Origin: Lophium mytilinum
Taxonomy: Eukaryota
Assembly (NCBI GenBank): GCA_010093605.1
Contig: MU004188.1
Coordinates: 2,061,918 to 2,125,917 of the forward strand
Direction: 5' to 3'
Length of the DNA stretch: 64,000 nt
Shown: positions 37,713 through 48,692 of the stretch, in pieces
Layout of the letters: the number at the start of each line of letters is the position of its first letter
Position numbering within the stretch: position 1 is the stretch's first letter
Translations under genes and position numbers: made by a program
The notes under the pieces: model-generated
What the model was told of the DNA's origin: nothing
The model's database searches: none
What the model saw: the letters and a program-made list of their open reading frames with translations, nothing else

Positions 37713-39254
37713 ATGCAGTCACTCACCGTCTTGCATTTCTGTAAGCAGCATCTATATCCCATTCTAATCTAAGCTGAGGCGGACATAGCTTCAAGAGGCT
37801 GGATGCGAGATACGAAGAGCCTCGACCAGTGTCTTAATGTGCAGCAGTGCTTCCCCCGTCGCTTTATCCTAGCTAAAAACTGAATTAGAACCATGGTGCC
37901 CCAGCACTTCAATACACGTATCTCTCACCATACTTACAGTCATTTATCCAGCACTAATGGGCTTGAAGGTTAGTAGAGAGAGATGTCTTCTCTGCCGACC
38001 GAGAACTTGCGCCGGAGCTATCACAACGCTTCCACATACCCCAGCATATGCTATCGCACGTGTATCGGAACTCCAATGGCTTCTTCAGCTTCGAAGAAAC
38101 CTTCGATGAGCATAGCCATCTTCAATCTTATGGTATGTACCAGGATGCTCACAAAACAAACGGGCTAATTGAGCACTGCCCAGACACGATTTTCCGTGTT
38201 TTAGTCAAAGTCGTCGCGCAAAACACCATACCAGACTACACATGGCATGAAATGACGTTCTTTTCGCGCTGGAGCCCTCTCAGATCGTTCATCCTGTGCA
38301 TTGGGATACCGCCTTCGTTTTCAACAGTCCTTCAAGATACCCTACTCCAAATGTGGCCTAGATTCCCACCTTCGGAACCGTACTCGTTGCATGTGCCGCT
38401 GTTAGAGACAATTGTCGCCATGCAAGAGACGTCTGTGTGGTCTGTGCGAGACGTAGTGCGTGACATCGAGAAGGTGAGGGCGTCGAATTCGTTAGCGACA
38501 TTAGCGACATCCCTTGTAATAACTTGAGGACTAGGATCGTCAGACTCGCGGGATGCAGAATTTTCTGAAGATGCATGATCTAGCGAGGCATGCCATTCAT
38601 TCTTTCGAATCGCTCAGCGTGTTTATAGAGACACTCGGAGCTCTTCAGCAACAGGTTCTGGATCTTACGCGTAAGACTAAGCAAGGAAGCGGAGAGTCCA
38701 CCAAGGCTTCTTACAAGATCCGATCGCATGTCGATTCTCAGATCCGGATGCTTCGCAATCTGCTACTACGCGCACAATCCAATAAGGAACGACTCCAGAA
38801 CGAAATCGCTCTTGTGAGACGAATGTCCCAGCTAGGAGGAAGCGTCACTGACTTTTGCTAGGCCTACAACATGATCGCTCAAGGAGATAGCAAGACAATG
38901 ACTGACTTGGGGAAGTCAGCGAGGGACGATACCACCGCAATGAAGACAATTGCCGTCGTGACAATGGCTTTTTTGCCCCCAACGTTCATATCAGTCAGTC
39001 TTCTGAGCCGTGCTTGTCAGAGGAAAGCTAAAATACCGTAGGCAATCTTCAGCACGAGCTTCTTCAGCTTCGCACCTGAGCGTGACGGTCACGCCGCGAG
39101 TTGGTCGGTTTCACACAAGTTCTGGATCTATTGGGTATTTGCAGTGCCACTGACGGCTTTAACAATGGGAATTTGGTTATGGCACCATAGAATGAGAGGG
39201 ATCGAGAGAAAGACACGGCTACCAGGCCTAGCAAATAAGCTGCTTCCGAAGTAG
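37713..39254 (+). CDS. CorA-like (Mg2+ transporter-type C-terminal 2-TM) membrane protein, multi-exon
   Basis: Exons seen as ORFs 38048..38527 and 38553..38861, plus later exons reading AYNMIAQGDSK...AMKTIAVVTMAFLPPTFIS|AIFSTSFF...FWIYWVFAVPLT; stop at 39252-39254. The 5' exons from 37713 are inferred by splicing. Confidence 0.75.
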
Positions 39255-39289
39255 CCATCGCCTAATCGCTACCAATCGGTAGCTACTAG

Positions 39290-40594
39290 CTACGCCTCAG
39301 CAAGTGTATCCTCTTTCGTTCCCGCCGTCCAAGGGCTTTTTCCACTTTCTGCAACCCTAGCTTCCTTGATAGACTCCCCAACGATTTTCTCGTCTGGATC
39401 GACACCCTCTCCAATCTCACTCCTGTCCTCCCACTTCGCATACAAGTCGTTTGGCAGCATCTGCTCTCCCTCCAACCTGTACAAGCCCAGCTTGTCTCCA
39501 ACAGCATCATACCTCAGCATTGCTCTCCCTCCACTCTCTTTCATGATGTCGCGAATCTTCCCAATCAGGCCAGCCAGCATTTTGAGGTCCTTCTGGTTCT
39601 GGTCCTCCCAAGCCTTAACTTGTGCCGCCACATCTTCCACTTCGGGGACCGCAAACATGCCCTTGGTGTGGTAGGCGCGAACGAGCTTAGGCGTCTGTGA
39701 GATCCAGAGCTGTGAGACCACGTCTTCGAAAGCAAGAGGTCTGTGCGCGACGCGGGTTTTGATCTCGAGGGTTGAGGAGAGCGGAATCACTTGGCCTTCC
39801 TTTCGGATTACGAGCTTGGAGCTGGTAAGAGAGGTTGTCCCAAGAGTGCTGCTTTCAGGAGATAGCGATAGGGAGCCTAGGACGCTGGAGAGGTTGTCGA
39901 CTTGCGGCGCCCGGCTGTCCACGGGTTGCACATCCAGCTGGGTGTCAGCAACGCCAACATAACCGTACGTCTCATGCCGAATTACGAACTTTAGGCCACC
40001 GAAGTGATACGATATGATCCTGTGATGTCTCGTACTCCAGCAGACCTTGCGGCTAGTGCACTCCTTCTCGAACGAATGGCCGTACCCTCTGAACTCGTTC
40101 GGGCCAATGTACTCCTCCGCCTTGGTCTCCTCGCGACAGAAGATGGCGGTGTTGTTCGTGACCTCAACCTTGATAGTGAAAGCTTCCCGGTTGTTGCCGC
40201 TCCAGCGAGGATTCACAAAAGCAAGGAGCTTGCGGAGGTTGTTCCGGTCGGTCACGACGTCGATGGAGACGATGTCGAAGGATGGATGTGAGACGTACAA
40301 CGCCCGAAAGAGCGGTTCGAGAGGACTGTCTGGGTGTAGTGCTGCGTTCTGAGCGAGGTAGACATAGCCAGTGTCCTTTTCCAACTGGAAGGGGATGTTG
40401 GGAGGGGACCATAGGTCTGGACTGCCGGGGACGGCGATGGCCGGTGTAGCTTTTGGCGCTTCGATCCAGTTGTAGGATGAGAGGTGCTCGACGTCGGTGA
40501 TTGATGCCGAAGCTGGAGTGTTGAGGTCTTTGAGACCCAAGCGCGAGATTTCAGCTATGAGGTCGTTTGCCATTGTTGCGATTAGCTTCTGCAT
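39290..40594 (-). CDS. RAI1/DXO-like (PD-(D/E)XK fold) protein of the fungal family often mis-annotated as geranylgeranyl pyrophosphate synthetase
   Basis: Motifs SSYNW, AVPGSP, DVVTDRNNLRKLL, GYGHSFE, HHRIISY, RHETYGY, LEIKTR, QLWISQTP. ATG at 40594 or 40573. Confidence 0.65.
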   Translation of the reverse strand: MQKLIATMANDLIAEISRLGLKDLNTPASASITDVEHLSSYNWIEAPKATPAIAVPGSPDLWSPPNIPFQLEKDTGYVYLAQNAALHPDSPLEPLFRALYVSHPSFDIVSIDVVTDRNNLRKLLAFVNPRWSGNNREAFTIKVEVTNNTAIFCREETKAEEYIGPNEFRGYGHSFEKECTSRKVCWSTRHHRIISYHFGGLKFVIRHETYGYVGVADTQLDVQPVDSRAPQVDNLSSVLGSLSLSPESSTLGTTSLTSSKLVIRKEGQVIPLSSTLEIKTRVAHRPLAFEDVVSQLWISQTPKLVRAYHTKGMFAVPEVEDVAAQVKAWEDQNQKDLKMLAGLIGKIRDIMKESGGRAMLRYDAVGDKLGLYRLEGEQMLPNDLYAKWEDRSEIGEGVDPDEKIVGESIKEARVAESGKSPWTAGTKEDTLAEA

Positions 40595-41324
40595 GGATGC
40601 CTTGGTAGGTTTCAAAGTGTGTGTAGTCTAGAAGCAGGAAGCTATGCCTTCCAAGTGAAATGTCGACTGGCAGCTGAAACTCTTCAACTACTTTCTCCTC
40701 ACTGGAACTTTAGCCTTATCCCCGTATCGGAAACAGGAACTGTAGGCCGTGTAAGTGATATTTTGGAAATTGATGACTGGTTTTGTAGGAGGGAGAGAGG
40801 TCTGGAGGAAGGTGAGGCTATATACAAGTACCTGCCGTAGCCCCCACCGCTACTCCCTGACGTTGCCTTTACTACCTTTCGCAATCATACACATATACTA
40901 CATAGGCTTGGTTCTTTCGGCCTACGGAAACGTCTATTAGGTCTATCGAATCCGTCTCTTCGTACAAGACGTCAAGTAATGGTCCCTGCAGCTGCTCTCT
41001 CAGCAGCTCATATAACAAATCTGCCCATGTACGACGAAATATCCGCTCCTGCAGTTTGCCATGACGGCAAGGTAAGGCATCTCTTCGAGAGTAGACAAGC
41101 CAAGTATATCACGTCCAGCATGTGCCAAAGAGAACTGCTTCCAGTTCTACGACTTCTCAACTCGAACTGCAAAGACTCAGGGACTATGTCGACTTTCGGA
41201 CTGTACAGATTGGATTGCTGTTTAGACCTAGTTCCTCCTAGTCAACCATGCTTCCCCTAACAGTGGTGACCAGTAGTAACAATTGAGCGGGCAAGTGACA
41301 AATCTGTGAACCTAGACTTATGGT

Positions 41325-42286
41325 CTATCTAGTACTGTACGACTCCTGACCTGTGACTTCGCCTCTCGCTTGATCTCTCTCCCTTCTTGCTTGATCTCTC
41401 TCGCCTATGGCTTGATCTTTCTCCGTTATGGCTCGATCTTTCTCCGTTATGGCTTGATCTCTTTCTGCCATAACAGTTCGGAACTGGGCGTCGAGTTGCG
41501 ATAAGAGGGCGAAAGGTGAAACAAGCCCGTATGGTTGCTGAGGCGCTGGACCTTGGCCGCTACTTGTCGTTATGTTAGCTTTGAGTTTGACAAGGAGAAG
41601 CGAAAGAGAACGTACAGGGCTTGATGCGGCTGCGTGAGAGCTACCTGAGGCACTGAAATGGCGTCTGAGCTCGGTGGTGGGACTGGTTGGGAGGAAGATC
41701 TCAAAGCTAGGACCAGAGGCGGCCAGGTTAGAGGGCCCTGCTGTTGCGGAGGCTGCGGTGCTCTGGCAGGCTGCTGGTTTAAAAAGGCAGCGGAGTCTTG
41801 CGCTGCCGGCTCATTAGAGAATAATTCGGCACCTGGCGTGTAGATGGGCGGCCCAGTATTCTGTTTCCACCAGTCCCAGGAGGCGTAGAGGTATTGACAG
41901 GCCTGGATAGGTTAGACTGAGTTCTTTGTAGTATGTAGGGAGCGACATACTTTTCCTACATGCCCCATCGAGCCGCAGTAGTAGCACTTGTTTTCGCAGT
42001 TTAAAAAACCGACGCAATTGCCTCCGTGTCTCTCGCGGAGTTGGTGGCATCGAATGCACTTTGAGTGGTCAGGTGTACCACCTACGTCCGTCATCTCCGT
42101 ATCAAGGATTGTCCAATACTTTGGGGGTCGATAGCTTTGAGCTCCTGAGGCTTGACCAAGCTGCTGAGGGGCTTGATCGGGCTGTTGATGGGCTTGATCA
42201 GGCTCTTGATAGGACTGATTGCCGCCCTGGGCGTAGGCCGGGCTTTTTGGGTTATGTGCTGAGTCATTGCGGTTGTGGAACGCCAT
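41325..42286 (-). CDS. CCHC zinc-knuckle protein with Gln/Pro-rich linker and heptad coiled-coil tail (3 or more exons)
   Basis: Introns 41903-41950 and 41563-41615 give CIRCHQLRERHGGNC..CYYCGSMGHVGKAC, then ERDQAITEKDRAITEKDQAIGERDQARRERDQ (the 21-bp repeats at 41360-41475). 3' end uncertain. Confidence 0.65.
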
Positions 42287-43754
42287 GCTTTGCAACGTTT
42301 TCAGCTAATTATGGAGTGAATGATGATGATGAGTGAGGGAGAGAGAGAGAGGAGGCGGCGCCGAGGTGTTTACCTCGCTGCTCCGACGAAAGGCGCTAAG
42401 CATCGTGACCCGATGCCACCTGCCCATTATAGAGATTGCGTAGGTACTGTAACTCTTTCCTTAAACCTGACTTTCTGCACTGACTTTATCGATCTCGGCA
42501 CCTACAAGACGCCCGCGACGTCCCGCTCACGCGGCGCATAAAAAAGGTGGCACACTCAACCGCTTTCTGCGTCTTATACACTTGTCTACCGCTGTCTGTG
42601 GTGCTTCAATACATTTTTTGAAATGTAAAAGAGGTAGAACCTCCCAGCCTTGTGATATCTAGAAACTTGTTGAAGCACTCCAAGCAGTGGCAGACAGGTG
42701 TACACACGAGACTGCAAATGACAGATCTTAATGAGTGTGCCACTTTTTCCTTGCCCGACGTGCCGCTCTCCAGCTGGCAGGCTATCTCTACCCTGCAACG
42801 GCATTCCTCCCGACGTACAATCCCAAAGTTCCCGACGCTACTGCATTCATAGCCGGCGCATTGAATTCGGACAGTAGGGACCACAGACACCGGTACACAT
42901 GAACCGGCGGGCAGGAAGTGAAGGGTATCAAACTTGCGTATATTCGATACGCTTAGATGTCAGGCTACGTGACAAACTTGGGTTTCGTAAATTGCTCCGA
43001 GCGCATCGGTACTGGCGTTGACATCCTTTGGAAGAGGTATGCATGGGTACGTTGAATTAAGCTTCTGACTTGTTTAGTCCTGGATTTATAGGCGCGAATC
43101 GACTCTAGGGTATGCGCGGCGGCTTCGCTTTAAGGTGTTCGGAACTCCACCTCCTCCCTCTCACCCGGAAATGTTCGATATATCCCGTCATGTAGATTCC
43201 ACTAAAGTACCCTTGAGAGCAGCGATTGATTTGTGAGTAATTTCTTGCTCACCAGTTCAAATCTCCAAGCTTAAGAACTTTCCATGGTGCCTGAAACTTC
43301 GAGCTCAGGTCGGGACATCCCCGACCGTGGCGGTGTTCATGACCCCAGTATGCAAGGGACTGTGATACCCACAGTCGAAGTGGTTACATTAGCTTCGCAA
43401 TTTTGCCGTCATTTGAAGAACTCTTGACAGTAACACGCACTGATCTGCTGAATTTGGAAGTGGGATGAAACTGGCCAGGCTGAATCGAATGCTGATATTT
43501 CGAAACATCCTACCTAGAGCCGGAGGAAATGGGACACTTGCTTGGGGAAGCGTCGACAAACTAGGATGTATGCGGGTGCCCCAGTAATGGAGAAGGATCA
43601 GCGGTCTACAGTAGCGTCAGAACGATTCGAATGAGATCATCCGTGTGTCTTCAAAGGCTATCCCATCATGTGCCCTGAACAGCACGGAAGAAGTCGGCAC
43701 CTAATTTTCTCATACCAGCTTCTCTTCAGGAGAAGAGTACGAAATCGTGTCCTC

Positions 43755-44015
43755 TCATGTCAGCCCCAACTTGACCTGACTTGGTTTCATCGCTTCACCT
43801 TGCATAGCCCCATGATCATAACACTCACCCACAAACGTCCACTTCTCTGGGTCACGATCCGCCGGCCTTAGGAGCACAGGAACAGAGCAGCCGAGAAGAA
43901 CAACGACCTTACCCTCGAGCATGGCGCAGCTAGGTATCATGCCGAAGAAGCCTGTACTCAGACCGCAGAGTCTCATCCCCGCTTCCGTAGTCACATGCCA
44001 CACCTTCCCCGCCAA
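43755..44015 (-). pseudogene. C-terminal remnant of a HET-6-like heterokaryon-incompatibility gene
   Basis: GFFGMIP...GKVVVLLGCSVPVLLRP...WTFVGECYDHGAMQGE matches the conserved HET-6-type C-terminus. No upstream HET domain and no ATG. Confidence 0.7.
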
Positions 44016-44151
44016 CCACTGCTCAGGCGGACGCGCTTCTGATTCGCTATCATGCTGCTTCTAGCACCAGTCCTATGTCCTTCTTAGCGCTGAGGGAGCA
44101 CAGAGTCTGCTATACAATGAGATAGGTGCTCACCGTAATGAAGCCCTGTTT

Positions 44152-45305
44152 TCAGGGATTCGTTTCCGTGTTTGCATTATCGTCCCGCGGTGCGAATGTC
44201 AAATCTCCGCGCTCATCAAAACGAGCCATAAATCCCCATCCAAACACGACATCCGCGTGTGAAAGCACATACTCGCTCAAATGACTGTCGAGAATGTCCA
44301 CTTCAGAACGCGCGTCTTTGTTCTGGATAAGGCGAGACATGGAGTAGACTATAATGCTCACAGTAAGTCCGACAACATACGTAATGAAAACATTTCTACT
44401 ATTTTGGGGACCCGCAACTGTGTCGAGTCTAAAGGTCCAGGTAAAGCCAAGATAGATTCCGAGTCCGAGGAGCAATGCCATGAGGGACGTGGAGAGTAGC
44501 ATCTGGGGGGCAGAAATGGTTACGACTGCTGCAACACTCGGAGTGAAACATGTTTGGCGAAGGAATTGTGGTCGATCGTGAATCAACTGGGCTTGAACGT
44601 GATCAAGCTCCGTGGGGTCGCACGGGCGCAACTCAGCTCTCGCTTGCAGCATCGCTTGAAGATGATGCCGACCACGACGACTACGCACCGCCGGTCCGGT
44701 GCGGCCACCAGCCTGCTCCGTATCGTGCTCTTGGAATGCAGCATTCGGCCCCATCCCAGCTCTGCGATTTGGCGACATGATGATTTCTCCCCCTCGAATC
44801 CATGATCGAACTTGCTTCGCGCTCAGCAAACGACTCATAATCCGGTGCTGGGTGGTGGCATAGTAGACAGCCATGAGAGCAGTTGTCAGGCTGAAGATAA
44901 GAGATCCACGAGCCGTCCAATGTGTCTGACTAAGGGCGTCCAAGGAAAGAGCGGTAATGGAAATTTGAGCTAGAAGGGCAGACTGCTCCAGGTCAAATGA
45001 TGTTCTTTGTACTAGAATAAGTCTGCACTCACAGCCACAGAAATCATGGTACATCCATCCAACACTGACGTCTTGAAGTTCATGGCATCGTCAACGCCAT
45101 CATCCCCAGAAAGCTGGCCAAGGACCTGGCTTTCTACTCGCCAAGTCGTGTTGCTTCCAAACAGATACAGAAACAGGCCAGACACTCCATATAGTATTAA
45201 AAGTTGAAATGGACGTCTAGCAGCAACGCTGGTAATAAATTGTATCAGGCGAAACGCGACTTCTGTGACTTGCACTACACTACCAACCACAGCCAAGGGA
45301 TCCAT
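44152..45305 (-). CDS. Multi-pass membrane protein with a STAND N-terminal-like first helix (MDPLAVVGSVVQV)
   Basis: Intron 44983-45032 joins ...CTMISVA|SALLAQISITALSL...; several hydrophobic segments. Confidence 0.65.
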
Positions 45306-46187
45306 TGTCAGAGTAGGCGGGGAGGGGAGATGGCCGTTGGTCAGTGTTAGTCAGTTTGAGGCCGGCCCGGTAACGGTTCGAGAGAATTGGTAGAGGTAGA
45401 CGGGCAGGAAGTCGAGTCTTTATGCTATTTCACCTTGGGCTCAGTGAAAGGCTGCGGCTAATGGCTTGAGCGGGGAGGCGAAGGCGAAGAGCTGTCGGAA
45501 GACCGTGCGCTGAGAGTTTCTCGAGCGCACAAATCGGAAGGCGCTAGTTGCGCCACAACGACAAGGCTGAGACCGCAATGTGTTAACTCGTAAAACTGTG
45601 AGATTGGCGATAGGTAACTACGACTCTCAAAGAGGTCTGACGCTTGAATATGCATGGGCAAGATGCGTGTAACAGGCTGCATCGCAGTAATACGATTCAG
45701 CTGGTAGATGATGTAGGGGAGCGAAGTGCCGGCCATAGCTTGGCACAATCTGCATCGTCGTATCGTTGAGGTTCTGTGCGCATGACGAGGCATCATGTGC
45801 TGCGAGATGCAGCAAGAGGCGTCGCGGCAGTATGGTGAATGGCGGAGGGGGACGCCGAGATGGGAAGGCTGAGACACGAAGAATGGGGGCGTGTAGCGGG
45901 AGCTTAAGAGCTTACACTATTGGCCGGTGCGGACCAGGGTTACCGAAGATCGTACCGGTCGGGGAATCCTCGATGATCGCGAGTGCTGGTCCTAAAAAGC
46001 ATAGGTGACCGCCATGTTTCTGTGGTCGAAATAGTTGCATCAGCTTCGCAAGTTTGGCTATGGGCTGAAGGACTCTTCACTGTGACAACCGATTATTTCC
46101 TTTGAATATTCAATTCACCTGTTTACGTGAATGCGATAGTATTTCAAGTAGCTAAACAAAAGCGAACACTGATGCTTTGAGATAGTA

Positions 46188-46412
46188 CAGCCTCTGTGTG
46201 CGTCCGGCGAACTAGCGCAGATTTCAGCCACCAAACTAAGCTGCAAAAGTGGTGTAGCTTGAAAAGTAACACCTCGCGGTACCGTGCTTTTGGCGGACTT
46301 AGCACAGTCTTGGTAAGGATCGGTCCAGAAAGGGGCTTGCTCCGCTCTAAGACCACCTATTTCAGCTGTGGCTTCAAATCCGCGCTACTTCACCGGACGC
46401 ACACAGAGGCTG
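46188..46412. mobile_element. 225-bp MITE (Tc1/mariner type)
   Basis: TIRs CAGCCTCTGTGTGCGTCCGG(C/T)GAA(C/G)TAGCGC(A/G)GATTT at both ends; TA duplication at 46186-46187 and 46413-46414. Confidence 0.88.
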
Positions 46413-46514
46413 TAATGGTTTGAGACACTAATTTTCCACAATCAAAGGAAAAGAGAAAAATGGTATTGGGAAGAAATAAGGTTCTCCTACTAAGGATATA
46501 CGCCACCTAGTCCA

Positions 46515-48119
46515 TCATTCCAAACCAAACCGATCCCATCTCTCAAGAACCTTCTCCTTGACATTCTCCGGATAGCCGTTCGCAAAGTCGCACGTAACCC
46601 AATTCTGCTCCATCTCGTATTCCAACGGCAGCAAACAATTTCCAACAACCTTCCCACCTGTAAGCTTCGTGCCAGGACCATGCGACATGTACGGCACGAG
46701 CGGATACGCATCCACATCTTCAAAATGATACTCATCCATCGAAGGCCTGCAACGCGTTGCAAATGCCCACATGACATCGTTGAAGTTGAAGGGATCGATG
46801 TCATCACCAACAACAAGCAAGCGGTGGATCTGCATGCCGCACTTATTGCGGAAAACGAGGTTCCCAATCTTGTTGCAAAGCTCCGCTGCGTTCGTGCGGA
46901 GGGCGCGCAAAGCGGTTCGGTCAACTTGGATGGCAGCCCAGATAACCTGGGATTCGTACAGCGTGAAGACTTGCTTGACCGGAAGACCATTGTCTTGAAG
47001 TAATTGTCTGATCTCTGCGGAGGCCAAGGTACCAATCATGGTATGAGTTTCGTCTGGCCCTGTTGCTCTTCCTGGTACGGAGATAGGAAGAATGGCGTTC
47101 TCGCGGTGCGTAATGGCGTTGACCTTGTAAAGTGGTTGCATCAATTCTTCATCCAGAAAGCTGTATCCGTGCATCTCCCCGAAAGGACCCTCTTTGCCTC
47201 GGTCCGTCACTGAGATCGTTCCCTCAAGGACGATTTCGCTGTTGGCGGGCACGTATATGTCGTTTGTCTCGCATTTCACTAACTCGAGCGGTGATCCACA
47301 AAGAGATCCCACGTACTCCGCCTCCGTCACTCCGCTCGGAAGAGGCATACTGGCTGCCATGACGGCAATCGGCGGAGCACCGAGGGCGATAGCGTAGGGC
47401 ACGTCTTTTCCGGTCTTTTGCCACTGCTCAAAGATCCGCGCGATATGTTGAGGCTTCAGGATGAGGCCTGCCATTCGGTTCTTGTCGTGGATCATGGCGC
47501 GCGCAATTGACCAGTTCGTCCAGGGCTCCGTTGGATGTTGAACGATGTTGATGCCCAGAGTTTGGATATAGTCGCCACCGTCTGCCTTGTTCAACAACGG
47601 GACTGGGAGTTTTGTAAGATCTACGTCGTCTCGCAGAATTCTCCTATCTTTGCAAGGCCCGGAACTGACATGTACGGGAGGTATCGGCGCCGTCTTCTTC
47701 GCGGACAACATTCGGTCGATAATATCCTCTAGACTGGCCGTGGGAGGGAGCCCGATGTGTCGTGCTAGTCGTCGATACGCGTATTGGGGATCACTAGACA
47801 GCCCACCCGATGCTCCCAGAATGCGAAAGAGTCCATGCTTCGCACCTTTGACGTTGTTGAATAGCGGAGCCTTTGCACGGCGCTCGTATACTCGTCTTGT
47901 GATGGCAGCGACTTCGAGATGTGGGTCTACTTCTTCGTTGATCTCAGCGAGGTCGCCGTCTTTCCGGAGCGCGTCAACGAACAATCTGAAATCGAGATGC
48001 GAGGAATCTAGGGAGTAAGGCCGACTGAGTCCACGATGTTGACGCTTAACTTTCGGAAGAACGAAATGATTGAGACGAGAGCAGAGGGGTCGCAAGCTTG
48101 GTACAAATCGATGGGCCAT
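46515..48119 (-). CDS. FDC1: prFMN-dependent ferulic/cinnamic acid decarboxylase (UbiD family)
   Basis: 534 aa; EVDPHLE, PLFNNVKGA, WTNWSIAR, VPANSEIVLEG, EGPFGEMHGY (catalytic Glu motif), VVGDDIDP, WAFATRCRP. Confidence 0.93.
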   Translation of the reverse strand: MAHRFVPSLRPLCSRLNHFVLPKVKRQHRGLSRPYSLDSSHLDFRLFVDALRKDGDLAEINEEVDPHLEVAAITRRVYERRAKAPLFNNVKGAKHGLFRILGASGGLSSDPQYAYRRLARHIGLPPTASLEDIIDRMLSAKKTAPIPPVHVSSGPCKDRRILRDDVDLTKLPVPLLNKADGGDYIQTLGINIVQHPTEPWTNWSIARAMIHDKNRMAGLILKPQHIARIFEQWQKTGKDVPYAIALGAPPIAVMAASMPLPSGVTEAEYVGSLCGSPLELVKCETNDIYVPANSEIVLEGTISVTDRGKEGPFGEMHGYSFLDEELMQPLYKVNAITHRENAILPISVPGRATGPDETHTMIGTLASAEIRQLLQDNGLPVKQVFTLYESQVIWAAIQVDRTALRALRTNAAELCNKIGNLVFRNKCGMQIHRLLVVGDDIDPFNFNDVMWAFATRCRPSMDEYHFEDVDAYPLVPYMSHGPGTKLTGGKVVGNCLLPLEYEMEQNWVTCDFANGYPENVKEKVLERWDRFGLE

Positions 48120-48692
48120 GGCTTCCGTATTGATGATACAGCCTAGAAAAGAGATGAAACCAAGTGCGGCACGTACTCAGGACGGAGCTCTTAAGAAATG
48201 GTATAGTGCAAACGCAGCCGGTCTCATGAATGATCTCTATCACGAAAAGAAATCCATGACCGTCGGCGAGCTCGGAGCGAGGTTGCTGATCCCAAGTGGG
48301 CAGTCTGCGTGGGTCAGCACAACAAATCCGCCTAGCTGTCGATCTTCAATTGAAGCAAAGCACGAGACTGGTACGTTGTCTCTGTACCTGAGGAGCCTTC
48401 GTTACAAAGTGCTGACTGAGAGGGGAACCGATGGCTTGGCAAAAGTCACGTGGTGACTAAGAGATGAGTTATTGCTGACTGATAGGTAGTAACATGCACC
48501 TAGTATTCGTAGCGGTTTTGACGTCGTCATGTTGCACTGGCCAAATCGATGACCGAACATCTAGAGAAGAAGTAAAAGGGCGGGTACCTGGGACATGTGA
48601 GCCTGAAGCGATTGACCAGCCACGATATCCGAGCCAACCTCCCTCCTCGCAGGCTTTCTATCATTTTATACAGGCCCTGATTTACGTGCAGT

